Assembly: GCA_951406725.2 (NCBI GenBank)
Contig: OX597828.1
Span: 66,774,001 to 66,838,000, forward strand
Length of the DNA: 64,000 bases
Source: Octopus vulgaris
Lineage: Eukaryota
Direction of reading: 5' to 3'
Both the position numbers and the translations under genes were made by a program. The notes below the pieces were generated by a model. The model was given only the letters and a program-made list of their open reading frames with translations. It was not told where the DNA came from and made no database searches. Shown here piece by piece: positions 26,420 to 38,861 of the stretch (the stretch's first letter is position 1; each line of letters begins with the position of its first letter).

Positions 26420-26995
26420 CAGTTTTTAGGAGTAGAATACCTTGATGATGATTGACAGTAACTTTCTTATTGTGGCTAGTGACCTCAATGGTTATGTTGG
26501 GCAGCACTCCAATGGATTTCATGGTGTGCATGGGGGTTAGGGCTTTGCCTCTAGAAATTAGGGGTGGGGAGCAAGGCTGATGGAATTCTGTAATGCAAAT
26601 GACTTGATGATCTACAACACTAACTTCTGAAAACCAACCAGGCACCTGATCAGCTATCAATCTAATGTGCATATAAACCAGATTGACCATATTCCCATTA
26701 GAAGACAGGGTACACAAATGCTTAGAAATGCACGCAAAATTTTTCCCCAGGCAAAGAATGTACTACCAAGCATAGGTTAATGGTTAGTGACTTCGAAATT
26801 AGAGCTAGAAGGATTAAGAGAAACAGACAAGTGTGGAAAAGAAAGGCATGGAAACTCATAGACCTTGCAAATAGTAAGAAATTTAAAGATATTTTAACTG
26901 AAGCTTTTGTTGAAAAGAAGGTGTTAAAGATATATAACATAGAGGGCAAATAGAAGGTCTTATGGGAGCTACATACCACATATGATGGATGTGGT
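26420..26995 (+). mobile_element. Degenerate RTE LINE, AP-endonuclease region
   Basis: VASDLNGYVGQ..HGVHGG, LMEFCNANDLMIYNTNF, NQIDHI and HRLMVSDF, with stops and frameshifts. Confidence 0.75.
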
Positions 26996-27432
26996 TTCAA
27001 AAAGTTCCAGGACTAGTTATGTTTAATAAAAAATAATTCATTGAACTAAGTTTTAACACCATCTCCTTCAAAATAGTCACCTTGCACAGAAATACACTGG
27101 TCCCAGCGTTCCTGTCCAGTTTGCTAAGGTCAGTGCCACAGATCAGAAAGCATGGAATAACATCATCACCAGAGTCCATTATCCAGCAGCACCCACAGTA
27201 GCATATTGGTTGAAAGGACACCCTCCACCCGTGGCCACCAGCTAGGGATCAATCAAACATTATCAAAAATCAATTATACTTCCATGTATATTTTTTAAGC
27301 CAAATATTCAGCATTGCCCTTCTTCACTCTTTCCTTCTCATTCTAACTGCTACTGCTAAAGATAATCAAAATATGAGGATGTTTTATTTGATTAATCATT
27401 ACAGTATTTATACTAAGACCTTTTTTTTCCAG

Positions 27433-27496
27433 TATCGTCCACAGAAAGACAGCAAAGAGCTTTCGATATGGAATAAACTCACCTCTGCATCACAGA
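27433..27496 (+). CDS. NBAS: NBAS coding exon 2
   Basis: ttccag|YRPQKDSKELSIWNKLTSASQ+A|gtaagt; 64 nt, phase 0 to 1; supported mainly by splice sites and phase chain. Confidence 0.8.
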
Positions 27497-28148
27497 GTAA
27501 GTTTTTTGTCCTTTTTCAATTTCTGTTTTTGCTTATTTAATTTTTAAAGCTGTGTTTGTATTTAAAAAAAATAAATGGATCAAATCACTTAAGGTGGAGG
27601 AAAGTTGTGGAAGAGAGAGACCCAGGAGAGCATGGAACAAATGCCGATCTCAAAATGAAGATGACAGAGGTCTGAGATATGTTGTGCTTTGTTGTACTCA
27701 AGATCCGCACACCACAACAGACTTGAGATCCTAAAACCAAGGTGCCATGTAAAAAACATTGGTGTGGATGCTGGTGTTATGTAAAAAACATTGATGATGG
27801 TGTCACATAAAGGAGCACCTCGTACACTCTGTAAATGGTTCGCATTAAGAAGGGCAGCAAGCTGTAGAAACCAAGCCAAAACAGACTGGAACCTGGAGGG
27901 CCAGTTTGGTGGTACTGGCAACGGCCATGCCCAAATGGTGCTTTTTATGTGCCACCTGCACAGGAGCCAGTCCAGCGGCACTGGTGACGACCTCGCTCAA
28001 ATGTTTACCCCCTCTAGGTGTAATGGCTTAACATATTCAATGGTTTAAATATTCGATCTCTGACTGAAAAGTCATCAACTGAAGTTATTGGGAACCAACT
28101 ATAAACATTCACCACATTAAATTCATCTTTTTCTTCTTGTTTTTGAAG

Positions 28149-28191
28149 GAAGTCTCTGGAATATTTTGAAGAATATTGGAATACCTTTTAA
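28149..28191 (+). CDS. NBAS: NBAS coding exon 3
   Basis: ttgaag|(R)SLWNILKNIGIPF+AA|gtaagt; 43 nt, phase 1 to 2. Confidence 0.8.
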
Positions 28192-28329
28192 GTAAGTATG
28201 AGAAATATATTGAAATGTTTTATGCATTTTTATTTTATTTTATATTTTCACATTGTTGAAGGCAAGGCTGATGGGAAGTTTACTTCTCAATCACATGGTT
28301 TCAGGTTTAGTCACACTATGTGGCACTTT

Positions 28330-28640
28330 GGAGGCACAATGGCCCAGTGGTTAGGGCAGCAGACTCGCGGTTGGAGCATCGCGGTTTCGATTCCCAGACC
28401 GGGCGTTGTGTGTGTTTATTAAGCGAAAACGCCTAAAAACTCTACGAGGCTTTGGCAGGGGGTGGGTGGTGACCCTGTTGTACTTTTTCGCCACAACTTT
28501 CTCTCACTCTTTCTTCCTATTTCTTGAGTAATGCTGCGATGAACTGGCGTCCCATCCAGCTGGAAGCGGGGGGACACATACGCCACAGAAACCTGGAAAC
28601 CAGGCCCATGAGCCTGGCTAGGTTTGAAAAGGGCGACGTT
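28330..28640 (+). mobile_element. tRNA-derived SINE (third family)
   Basis: GGAGGCACAATGGCCCAGTGGTTAGGGCAGC..GGTTTCGATTCCCAGACC head; other copies at about 46997-47290 (+) and 50830-51146 (-). Confidence 0.7.
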
Positions 28641-29129
28641 TATTGTTATGTGGCACTTTGGGTTGGCCAAAAGCTTTTGAGTGGATTTGGTAGATGGAAA
28701 CTGACTGAAACAAGTCCATTGTTTGTGTGTATATGTATGTCCCATGCATTGAACCAGCACTGAACAGGGATGTTGATGTGAGTTTGAGTCTGATTGTGTC
28801 TCCTTGTCTTTACATTGTGTGATTGTTGTAAATGAATGCCATTCATTTCTGATTATCATCTTTTAATGTCTGCTGTCCATGCTGGCATGGGTTGGACAGT
28901 TTGACATGGAGTGGCTAACAAGGAGCTCTCTGGACTCCAGCTGTCTGTTGTGGCATGGTTTCTATGGCTGGATGCCCTTCCTAATGCCAACCACCTAATA
29001 GAATGTGTTGGGTGCTTTTTATGTGTCACTGTCATGGTTGCATTTACACATGTGTATTTTAACGCAGCACTTGTACGGGTGCTTTTTAAGTGGTATCAGC
29101 ACCTGAAAGGACAAGCCTGTATGTGTCTG

Positions 29130-29838
29130 ATCATCATCATCATCATCGTTTGACGTCCGCTTTCCATGCTAGCATGGGTTGGACAAATGACTGAGGGCTG
29201 GCGAACCAGATGGCTGCACCAGGCTCCAATCTTGATCTGGCAGAGTTTCTACATTTGGATGCCCTTCCTAACACCAACCACTCCAAGAGTGTAGTGGGTG
29301 CTTTTTATGTGCCACTGGCACAGGGCCAGTCAGGCGGTACTGGCAATGACCTCGCTCGAATCTTTTTACACATGCCACCGGCACAAATGCCAGCAAGGCA
29401 ACGTTGGTAACGATCACGCTCGAATGGTGCCCTTTTATGTGCCACCGGCATGGAGCCAGTTGGCTGCTCTGGCAATGATCACGCTCGGATGGTGCTCTTG
29501 GCACCCTACTAGCACGGATGCAAGTGCCAGTAAGGCGACGCTGGTAACGATCACATTCGAATGGTGCCCTTTTATGTGCCACATGCATGGAAGCTGGTTA
29601 GCTGCTCAGTCAACGATCACCCTCATATGGTGCTCTTTGCACCCCGCTAGCATGGATGCCAGTTGTTGAATTTGATTTTGATTTTGATTTCACTTGCCTC
29701 AACAGGTCTTCGCAAGCAGAGTTTAGTGTCCAATGATGGAAAGGTACGCATAAGTGGGCTGGTTATGCTCCTGGCATAGGCCACAGGTTATGGTCTCATT
29801 TGGCTTGCCGGGTCTTCTCAAGCACAGCATATTTCCAT
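29130..29838 (-). mobile_element. Longest RTE 3'-end copy, reaching the ORF stop
   Basis: Minus strand 29837-29796 encodes WKYAVLEKTRQAK*, followed by a subrepeat array and an (ATG)n tail. Confidence 0.7.
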
Positions 29839-30363
29839 CTGATATTCTGGCAAAATGTGTATGGCCACGAGGAAATATTACTTTGCTTGGAAACAAGTGA
29901 GACTTTAAAACATTTGCCTCAATAAACTCCATCTGGTCCATACAGGCATAGAAAAGTGGACATTAAAATGATGATGTATATTTTATTAAATCAGATAATT
30001 ACTCTTTATCTGACTGAAATCATGATTTATCTTCACCTTTGTTTCTTCCATTATTCTTTCTTTCATTAAAATGTGACAAGCTGGCAGAATTGTTAGCAGC
30101 ATTTCCGCTGTCTTTATGTTTTGTGTTCAAATTCCACTGACTTTGCCTTTTATCCTTTCAGGGTCAATAAAATAAATACCAGTTGAGCACTGGCATTGAT
30201 TTCATCGACTTACCCACCTCCCCAGATATTGCTGGCCTTTTGTCAAAATTTGAAGCCCATATTCTTCACAGTATTTTAAATAGATTTATTTATATATATT
30301 TTTATACTCTGATTAAAATCATTTGTCTTAGTTTTATATTCTTTTCTTTTTGCTCCATTCCAG

Positions 30364-30444
30364 ATCTGGCTTGCCATGTTCCCTTCCTGCTGGCTTAGTC
30401 CAAATTGTCAACAGTCAGTTGGCTTGGAATATTGCTGTTGGAAA
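30364..30444 (+). CDS. NBAS: NBAS coding exon 4
   Basis: ttccag|(K)SGLPCSLPAGLVQIVNSQLAWNIAVG|gtgagt; resembles LPDGLVRLVNKQINW; 81 nt, phase 2 to 2. Confidence 0.92.
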
Positions 30445-31164
30445 GTGAGTAATCAATTGACTTGTTTTGTTACTGTTTGATTCATTTGTACTTAGTCGTT
30501 ATGTAAAAGTTTTATAGGCGCAGGAGTGGCTGTGTGGTAAGTAGCTTGCTTACGAACCACATGGTTCCAGGTTCAGTCCCACTGCGTGGCATCTTGGGCA
30601 AGTGACTTCTACTATAGCCTTCATATAATGAAGGAAATTGTTGTTTACAGCACTCAGATGCACTACAACCAAAAAACAAAATAAAAAAGCCATCGAGTGT
30701 AGTGTTAGCAGATTTCAGGAAGCATGGAAGGTTTGAAGGATGCAGTGCTCTGACAACTAACAACTGATGCTGGCAGTCTGTTCCATGCTTCAGCAACTCT
30801 TAGCGTGAAAAAATGTTTCCGAAAGTCATGGGAGCTGTGCTGTTTTCTGACTTTGTAAACGTGTCCACGGGTGTTAGAAATGTAGAGTTTGAAAAGGTGC
30901 TCGGAGTTATTGTTTGTAAGATGTATAACTTTTGTTTTTTTTTTTGTTTTTCTACACCTGAGCTGTTTCCGTTATAATTACACCTTTTTTTATATCATAA
31001 TTTCTTGAGGTATCAAATATCTTGTTTAAATCTAAAGATTAACCAATTTTGCTCTTTAACAATATTGACAATATTCTAATTGACCGCATTATGAGTTATT
31101 TCCCTTTGTGGCTCTATAATATATTGTGTACATAACGTGAAATTTTGCTCATTTCTTTTTGCAG

Positions 31165-31212
31165 ATTTGGTCAGTTAGTTGCCATATTACAAGACCAGTT
31201 TATAGAAATAAG
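31165..31212 (+). CDS. NBAS: NBAS coding exon 5
   Basis: ttgcag|(K)FGQLVAILQDQFIEI+AG|gtgagt; resembles GKLLAAVQDQCVEIR; 48 nt. Confidence 0.92.
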
Positions 31213-33134
31213 GTGAGTTTGCATTCTGACTTCTGTAGGAAACCAAGCTAATTGCTTGATATATGGTACATATTTTATCTTTTGATGATTGAAAGTTTGA
31301 TTTAAAGTCTGAAGCCTTTTTCTTTATAGCTTTATATGGTAGCGTTGGCAGGGATGAATATATATCGGTTGGGATGAGTTCTTTCTGATTCTGATACATG
31401 TTGACAAGGAGAGTGGAAAGAGGGATGGTGATGTTGAGGTTTCATGTTTTGGTGCAGTGTGGAATGGGAAGCAAAGTGCTTAGGGAATGTGCAGTTTTGT
31501 TTGGAGAAAAAACATTTTTGTATCGTCATCATCATCATCATTTAACGTCTGTTTTCCATGTTAGCATGGGTTGGATGGCTTAACAGGAACTTGTAAAGCC
31601 AGGGGCTGCACCCACCAGGTTTCATAGTCTGGTTTTGGCTTGATTTCTATGGCTGGCTGTCCTTCCTAACTCTAACCGCTCCACAGAGTGTACTGGGTGC
31701 TTTTTATATGGCACCATCACAGCTGCTTTTTAAGTTGTGCCAGCAGCAGTTCTTTTTATGTGGAACTAGAACCCACACCAACACATTTTACATGGCACCT
31801 TTGTTTTAGGATCTGAATTCTGTTGGGGTGGGTGGGTCTTCTCAAGCCCAGCAATGCACCACACACCTCGGTCTTCTGTCATCTGATATGTAGTGATGAG
31901 GCAGTGTTGAATTGATTTTATGAGAGCAGGTTGAATTTAGATGAGAAGAATATAATGTTTCTATTGTTGTATCAAAGAGACCTATCTTTGTCATTCATTT
32001 CTGATCATCATCATGCTCTCCATGCTGGCATGGGTTGGACAGTTTGACATGGAGCTGGCTAAGAAGGAGCTGTCTGGACTCCAGCTGTCTGTTGTGGCAT
32101 GGTTTCTATGACTGGTTGCCCTTCCTAATGCCAACCACCTAATAGAATGTGCTGGGTGCTTTTTACATGTCACTGTCATGGTTGCATTTACCTATCATCA
32201 AAGGCATTCCACATATGACCATTCTGTCTCCTGGTCCCATACATAATGTTCCTTCTTTTATATCAGACACAAGTGTGTATTGGTCTCTATTGTCTAATCT
32301 GTTTCACAGTAGGGCATGATTTGAGTGAGATTTTGCTGCTGTTTATTGTAAGTCAAGTGACTACATAGAAACTCCTTCATTGGCTTAACAAATATAATGT
32401 TTGAAGTGTTGTTGGATTAGGCTGTGGGGAACGAAGTCAGAGAGGTGATTTGTCAATGTCAGATGTTGAGATTGGTTAATATACTAATAACTGTTGACTG
32501 AGGTGTAAAGGTTGATTGGGAAAAGCAAACAAGTTGTGGGTGGTGAAGTTTTCTAAGAGGAGGAGAGTTGAAGATGAAGTTTGCATGTAACATGAGATGC
32601 AGTCAATCGTTAGGCAATGAGTTGGTAACTTAAACCACAATAAACAACAGATGATAATAATCATCATCATCATTGTTTAACGTTCGTTTTCCATGCTAGC
32701 ATGGGTTGGATGGTTCGATCGGTGTCTGGGAAGCCAGGAGGCTGCACCAGGCTCCAGTCTGATCTGGCAGTGTTTCTACAGCTGGATGCCCTTCCTAATG
32801 CCAACCACTCCGTGAGTGTAGTGGGTGCTTTTTACGTGCCAGTGAAGGCTGGCAACGGCCATGATCGGTTGGTGGTTTTACGTGCCACCGACACAGAATA
32901 AATGAGATTGTCTGCTGGACCAGCTAGAAGTCTTTGTTTCTAACATTTAAGATTTGGGAAAAGAGTGAGAGGAAAATAGATTCTGTATAAGCATAGAATA
33001 GTAATATTTTGAATAAAAGTGGGTAAAATAACAGTGAAAATCCAATGGCCTTCATAATGCCAAACTTAATATGTAAAATAAATATAGGTTTTATGCATTT
33101 CACTTCTGAGTCTATTCTGAAAAATTATTTGTAG

Positions 33135-33312
33135 ATCTTCTCATGATGATTACAACAATATAATTGGAAGATCTTGTGTCATGCCTGACACTTGTCCCCA
33201 GTGGCGCCAGATTGCTTGGAGTAGTGATGGTGCATTGCTTGCCGTTTCTCACAGTAATGGCATTATTGAAATATTCGATATGTTTGGAAATCCTCTGTTC
33301 AGTATCCCATCT
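33135..33312 (+). CDS. NBAS: NBAS coding exon 6
   Basis: ttgtag|(R)SSHDDYNNIIGRSCVMPDTCPQWRQIAWSSDGALLAVSHSNGIIEIFDMFGNPLFSIPS|gtaagt; beta-propeller region; 178 nt. Confidence 0.95.
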
Positions 33313-33538
33313 GTAAGTTTTACTGATTTCATATTATTTGTTTTCTATTTCTTTTGTAATATCTTTGAAATATTTTCCTTATAATTTGATGTTACCAGTT
33401 TTATAATTCTTTACTAAATGCTAACACCAGTTTCAACTTTTCAGCAGTTAATACCATTTTTGTAAAATAATTTGAATGTTTATGGAGATGTACTTGCATA
33501 GCGAGTGACTTGATCTGAGATCGTGTGCTGGAACGAAA

Positions 33539-33828
33539 ACAATTTCAGCATGGAAGGTGTTTATAAGCCATTTAAGAAACACACAAAAACCGTTAGATTC
33601 ACTTCAACATTTAAATTTAATTTGTCAAAATATTTTCGTCGCTTTGAGACCGTGACCTGTTCACTGACAAAACTTCGTGCTGCATCTCACAAAGTTTTGT
33701 CAGTGAACAGGTCGTGGTCTCAAAGTGCCGAAAATATTTTGACAAATTAAATTTAAATGTTGAAGTGAATCAAACGGTTTTTGTGTGTTTCTTAAATGGC
33801 TTATAAACACCTTCCATGCTGAAATTGT
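33539..33828. repeat. Near-perfect palindrome (137-bp arms, 16-nt spacer), Penelope-like inverted ends
   Basis: 33539-33675 is the reverse complement of 33692-33828 with few mismatches; each arm holds a hammerhead-like motif. Confidence 0.9.
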
Positions 33829-34608
33829 AATTTGAATGTTTTCATTAAGGAAACAACATTAGCCAGGCTGTTTTTGTTTAATTTTTTTCTGAAAATTATT
33901 ATACATTTATTTCTCAATTCTATTAACATCTCTTTCATCATTCCATCTCCTTCTTAAACTGCATCTTCCCCCATCACACAGCTCATGCCTTTGTTTTCCT
34001 AATTAATTTACTTAACAACCTAGATGTAGCTGCCTTTCACTGTCTCACTTCCATGACTCCCATCTCTACCACCTCCCCACCCACTCCTAACATTCTGTTT
34101 CTCCGATCATACTTGTACTTGGTTTCATTTCATCCTCTCACCTTAGTTTTCTCTCTGTCATCACCTCCATTTTGTGTGTGTGCACGCATACACATGCACA
34201 GTAGAGTTTGTTATATAATTTTTAACCTCCTCATCATCATCATTGTTTAACGTCTGTTTTCCATGCTAGCATGGGTTGGACGATTTTGACTGAGGGCTGG
34301 TGAACCAGATGGCTGCACCAGGCTCCAATCTTGATTTGGCAGAATTTCTACAGCTGGAGGCCCTTCCTAATGCCAACCACTCCGAGAGTGTAGTGGGTGC
34401 TTTTTACGTGCCACTGGCACGGGGGCCAGTCAGGCGGTACTGGCAACGACCTTGCTCGAATCCTTTTACACATGCCACCAGCACCTCGTTAAAATTTTCC
34501 TACTCTTAGTTGGTTATGCTCTCACCTGTTTTCAGAAAATCAAAACAAAACCCGTGCTGCATATATGTTTGATCTATATTCAATGCATTACCCTCTGATT
34601 TCACGCAG

Positions 34609-34706
34609 GTCACTGAAACATCTTCCAGTAATGTTGGAGTACCCACAGATTTGACACACAGTGTTGCAGGACTTGTGTTTTTAGAGAACACCAAAGTGAA
34701 AGATGG
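34609..34706 (+). CDS. NBAS: NBAS coding exon 7
   Basis: acgcag|VTETSSSNVGVPTDLTHSVAGLVFLENTKVKD+GG|gtatgt; resembles DLSYAIAGLIFLE; 98 nt. Confidence 0.9.
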
Positions 34707-34957
34707 GTATGTTGAGCCAGATTTTAAATTTCCTTAGAGAAACTATCTCAGAAGAATGTTTCACATAATATCATTTGTTCACATGGTAGCATGGGGTTGG
34801 CTGGGAAGTTATTTGGGGCAGGATTTGGCTATGGGACGAGTCAGACGCTTATCTTGTTGCCTACTCTTGCCTGTTTTTCCCAAGTGAGAGATGTCTTAGT
34901 CCTACAGGTCTTTGAAAGTGTAGTGCAACTGGTTGTAATGTCAACATCACCAACACT

Positions 34958-35291
34958 TCAGTTCAACTCAACTGAGGTCCATATTGACCCCGGGATTCAT
35001 AGAAGATATTTTTGGGTCCACAGATGTAATATAGTAAATTGGGGGTCCATGGTAATTTTTCAAGGGCCATCGAAAAAATTCTGCTTCAGAACAGTAAAGT
35101 TTATGTGCAATAAATTGGTTACACGTCCCTATTACATAAAATATTTTAACAATTTTTATACAAGTCCTAATAATATTTAATCATAAAAATACAAAAAAAG
35201 ATTTTTTAAACATTGAATGGCTATGGGGGTCCACCAGAGTAAAATAGGAATCAAAGGGGTCCATAGGTAAAAAAATTGGTTGAGACCCCTG
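34958..35291. mobile_element. Probable hAT/Charlie-like non-autonomous element
   Basis: Right end GGTTGAGACCCCTG (reverse complement CAGGGGTCTCAACC), repeated GGGGTCCA subterminal motifs; left end decayed. Confidence 0.45.
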
Positions 35292-35715
35292 AGTTAAATG
35301 GCATTTTCTATGCTATCATGGTTTGGACGGTTCGACCGGGGTCTGGAAGCCATGGAGACTGCACCAGGCTCTAGTCTGATTTGGCAATATTTCTACAGCT
35401 GGATGCTCTTCCTAACGCCAACCACTCCGTGAGTGTAGTGGATGTTTTTTACGTGCCACCAGCACAGGGGCCAGAGCATGCTGGCAAACGGCCACAATCG
35501 GTTGGTACTTTTACGTGTCACCGACATGGACACCAGTCAGGCGGCGCTGCCCTCGTAGATAGATATGTGATAGCTAATTACTGTAAATAATTACCTGTTA
35601 TGTGAATTTCCCCTTTAGTACCAAGAAATAAAACTTAGTTTTATTTATGGAATATTTGATGAGAATGACTAATTATCAATATTGCATTATTTCTTCTTGT
35701 TTCTTTTATTCTCAG

Positions 35716-36016
35716 AACCGCACATCTACTAGTTGTAAACTACTTGGGAAAGTTAAGTAAATACCATGTTGACCGTAACAGCACTTATCGATTACTACAC
35801 ACTTTTATGCTGACCAGTGAACATCCTCAGGGTGTTACAGGGTTAGTTTATCTTCCACAACACAGTGCACTTATTGTTGGCAGTCACGCTCCGGTGGCTG
35901 CTGGCTTAGATGACAGCATGTCTCAAGCAGAACAATATGGTCTTAGTCTATGGCGTATTCTCTCAGATTCTCCACATTACAAACTAGTCACTGACTATGA
36001 GCAAGACTTACATAAG
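35716..36016 (+). CDS. NBAS: NBAS coding exon 8
   Basis: tctcag|(G)TAHLLVVNYLGKLSKYHV..GLSLWRILSDSPHYKLVTDYEQDLHK|gtaagt; 301 nt. Confidence 0.95.
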
Positions 36017-37612
36017 GTAAGTTCTTTTACTCTCTTTCTGTTTTATTTCAGTTATTTAGTTTGTCTTGAAATATCAAGAACTAATGTTGTAGAAATTTTC
36101 TGTGAAATTAAAATATATTTATCAAAGAATATAACAAAAGTATTTTTCTTCTTGATTTGAATAATTTTAGATTCCATAAATTTCATTAAACTTCATGATG
36201 GACACACTTTCATTTGACAACCTGTATTTGTAATACAATTACCTCATTTTGTTTTAGTGCTGTAATTTAGGCTTCAGTTGTGGTATAGGTAGTTGACTGA
36301 ATTGATAGTTTTGGATTTCAGTCTGAAGAATTGACTGATAATATCATCCCTCAGTAGCTGCCAACCTTATGCTGTGTCCAAAGCTGATATACTTAACTTT
36401 ACAGAGCTCAGTCGATTATGCTGTAGATCTTATATTATAAAAGAGAAGTGGATCACCATCTGTTTGCCTGTTACAACATCTATTAGAGGGAGGGAGAGAA
36501 AGAGAGGAATCAAAATATACATATTTTTAGAAGAGGAAAAGAAAAGGTTGTTGTTGAGATAGAAATACAGCTGTGGAGGAAGAGTGAGAGTAAGAGTGTG
36601 TGTGTGTGTGTGATAGATAGATAGTTAGTGTTGTCACCATAGTAACTAACAATTTCTGATTTAAAACACAAGAATTTTGAGTGCAAGTCTGTCAGCACAA
36701 CACAACACAGACTTCAAAACAAGGCCATATATATATAAAAATATATATGTATATAGTGATTTTTTGTTGTTGTTTGTGTGAGTGTCTGTGTATTTCAATA
36801 TATTGATAATGCAACACAGACTTGAAAAACAAATTTTCACCTTGAACAATTTAAGAAGGTACATGCACGATTAACAAATATTTTTACCAGCAGCATAGTG
36901 ACAGATTACAACCTAGTATATATTATCTAGTAGCATGTAGCTAAAGCCTTCATGGTTGCTCTAAATGTTGTCTGTCGCTGTTACTGACGATCTTACCTGA
37001 GAAAGCGTTCTTGAACATAGTTATGACTGAATCTCAAAAAAAGCTCAGGAGAAACCTGCATCTAGGATGGTGCAGCAGCTGTACGTATGGACATCAAAAG
37101 CCACATGACTTTTTTGTATAAAGTCACTTCATCTTCTGACCCATAGATGTGATGTCTGCTCTCTCTCTCTCTCTCTCTCTAGTTTCCTACTGCTTGGCCT
37201 CTACTTGTCAGACACATGTTGACCAGCCCTCTGGAACTCTTTCCCTGGTCGTGTCTTTCCTACAGGTGTTGAGTTGCAAAATATAAAGTGGAACATCAAT
37301 GGCATCAGTCTCAATAGTCTCAGAAGACATGGACACTGACCTTTCTTTCAGACTCAGCAAGTTAAAAAAGAAAAAGAAAAAAGAACAGATACAATTCACT
37401 TCTGCAATTGGCAGAAACACTGGTTGCCCATAGTGAGATATAATGAAACTGACAAGACATCCAGGAATTAAGTGATTGAAAACAACAAAAAACAATAACA
37501 ACATTTATGTTAGAAATTTACAATATATTTAGAAATTCTATACAGGATGTAATTTCTGATAATTAAAAGTTTCTAACTCTGTAATTATTAGTTTTTATAA
37601 TTTTTGTTGCAG

Positions 37613-37678
37613 AGTAAACCAAAAAGTTTCCTCAAGAAATTATTTCTGTTACCAAAATTATCATGGAAAAATAGCAAG
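37613..37678 (+). CDS. NBAS: NBAS coding exon 9
   Basis: ttgcag|SKPKSFLKKLFLLPKLSWKNSK|gtatgt; 66 nt, phase 0 to 0. Confidence 0.82.
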
Positions 37679-38639
37679 GTATGTTTCGTTTTTTCATTTA
37701 CTTGTGTTTATTATCGAAACAAAACAGCTGAGTGTATAAGGTATTGAATTACCTATGGCTTAGGGATTCAAGTTTTTTGTACACACATTAAATATTGATC
37801 AAAAATCAATGGAAATTATAGTTGTGATACTAGTGCCGGTGGCACGTAAAAGAACCATCCGAACATGACCGTTGCCAGCGCTGCCTCAACTGGCCTCTGT
37901 GCTGGTGGCACATTAAAAGCACCCACTACACTCATTGGCATTAGGAAGGGCATCCAGCTGTAGAAACACTGCCAGATCAGACTAGAGCCTGGTGCAGCCT
38001 CCTGGCTTCCCAGACCCCGGTTGAACCGTCCAACACATGCTAGCATGGAAAACGGACATTAAACGATGATGATGAGGATGATGATAGGTAGAACACTTAT
38101 TCTTCAGTCGCCATGGTTTCATCTACTCAGCGTCGTTGTTGTTTCTGGGCAAGATACTACATTCTACATGAGAATTAAATATCTCTGATTACAATTACTG
38201 GTGAAACTGTTAATGAGTTGTTGACCCTTATCACTGAAGAGCAGACTGTCTCTGTAACCTAATGACTATAGTTGCGTGTATTACACGTTTAAAGCATTTA
38301 AAAATAGCATGGCATTGCAGATTTTCTACCTATTCAGGTTGGGAGAAATTAATCACTTATCTTAAATGAATATTTGAAAACAAACAATCATATCATAATT
38401 ATCTTGAAGCTACAAGATAATGAATGATAGATTTAAAAGAAGGTGAATAAGTAAGCATTACTTATTTGGCAAAGTAATTTGAATGCTGAAGGGTTATACA
38501 CAGTACTTAATATGGTTGGAATGTTAACTTGATGATATCTCTTCAGAGCAATACAATGTTTTTTATGATCATTTCAATTTGTTTTTGATGAGCTGGAAAT
38601 TTAGATTTAGATTATTTTTTTTTTATTCTTTGAATCTAG

Positions 38640-38768
38640 GATAGTATTTTCAAGATGTGCCTGTCTCCTGATACCAAACAACTGGTGACTTTACATTATT
38701 CTGGAGAACTCGTTCTTTGGGATGTTCCATCCTTGCGCAAAAGAAAATCTTGGTTACATGAAGATCAG
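38640..38768 (+). CDS. NBAS: NBAS coding exon 10
   Basis: atctag|DSIFKMCLSPDTKQLVTLHYSGELVLWDVPSLRKRKSWLHEDQ|gtaatt; resembles DGIFKMSLSPDG; 129 nt. Confidence 0.95.
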
Positions 38769-38809
38769 GTAATTATGTTAGCATTCAATTTCATCTGAAA
38801 ATATCTCTG

Positions 38810-38812
<3 letters not shown>

Positions 38813-38853
<41 letters not shown>
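38813..38853. repeat. (TA)n microsatellite
   Basis: About 20 TA units; other simple repeats at 16070-16097, 41225-41275 (GAT then TA), 37159-37180 (CT) and 53500-53578 (CATC/AATC). Confidence 0.95.

Positions 38854-38861
<8 letters not shown>

Noticed and set aside
28330-28405. tRNA gene
   Set aside because: The A/B-box head continues into a SINE body seen in several copies, and there is no complete cloverleaf; the same applies at about 30517, 46997 and 62652.
36979-37015. CTGACGA..GAAA hammerhead-like match
   Set aside because: Stem II is only 2 bp without the G-C closing pair, stem I does not pair, and there is no repeat context.
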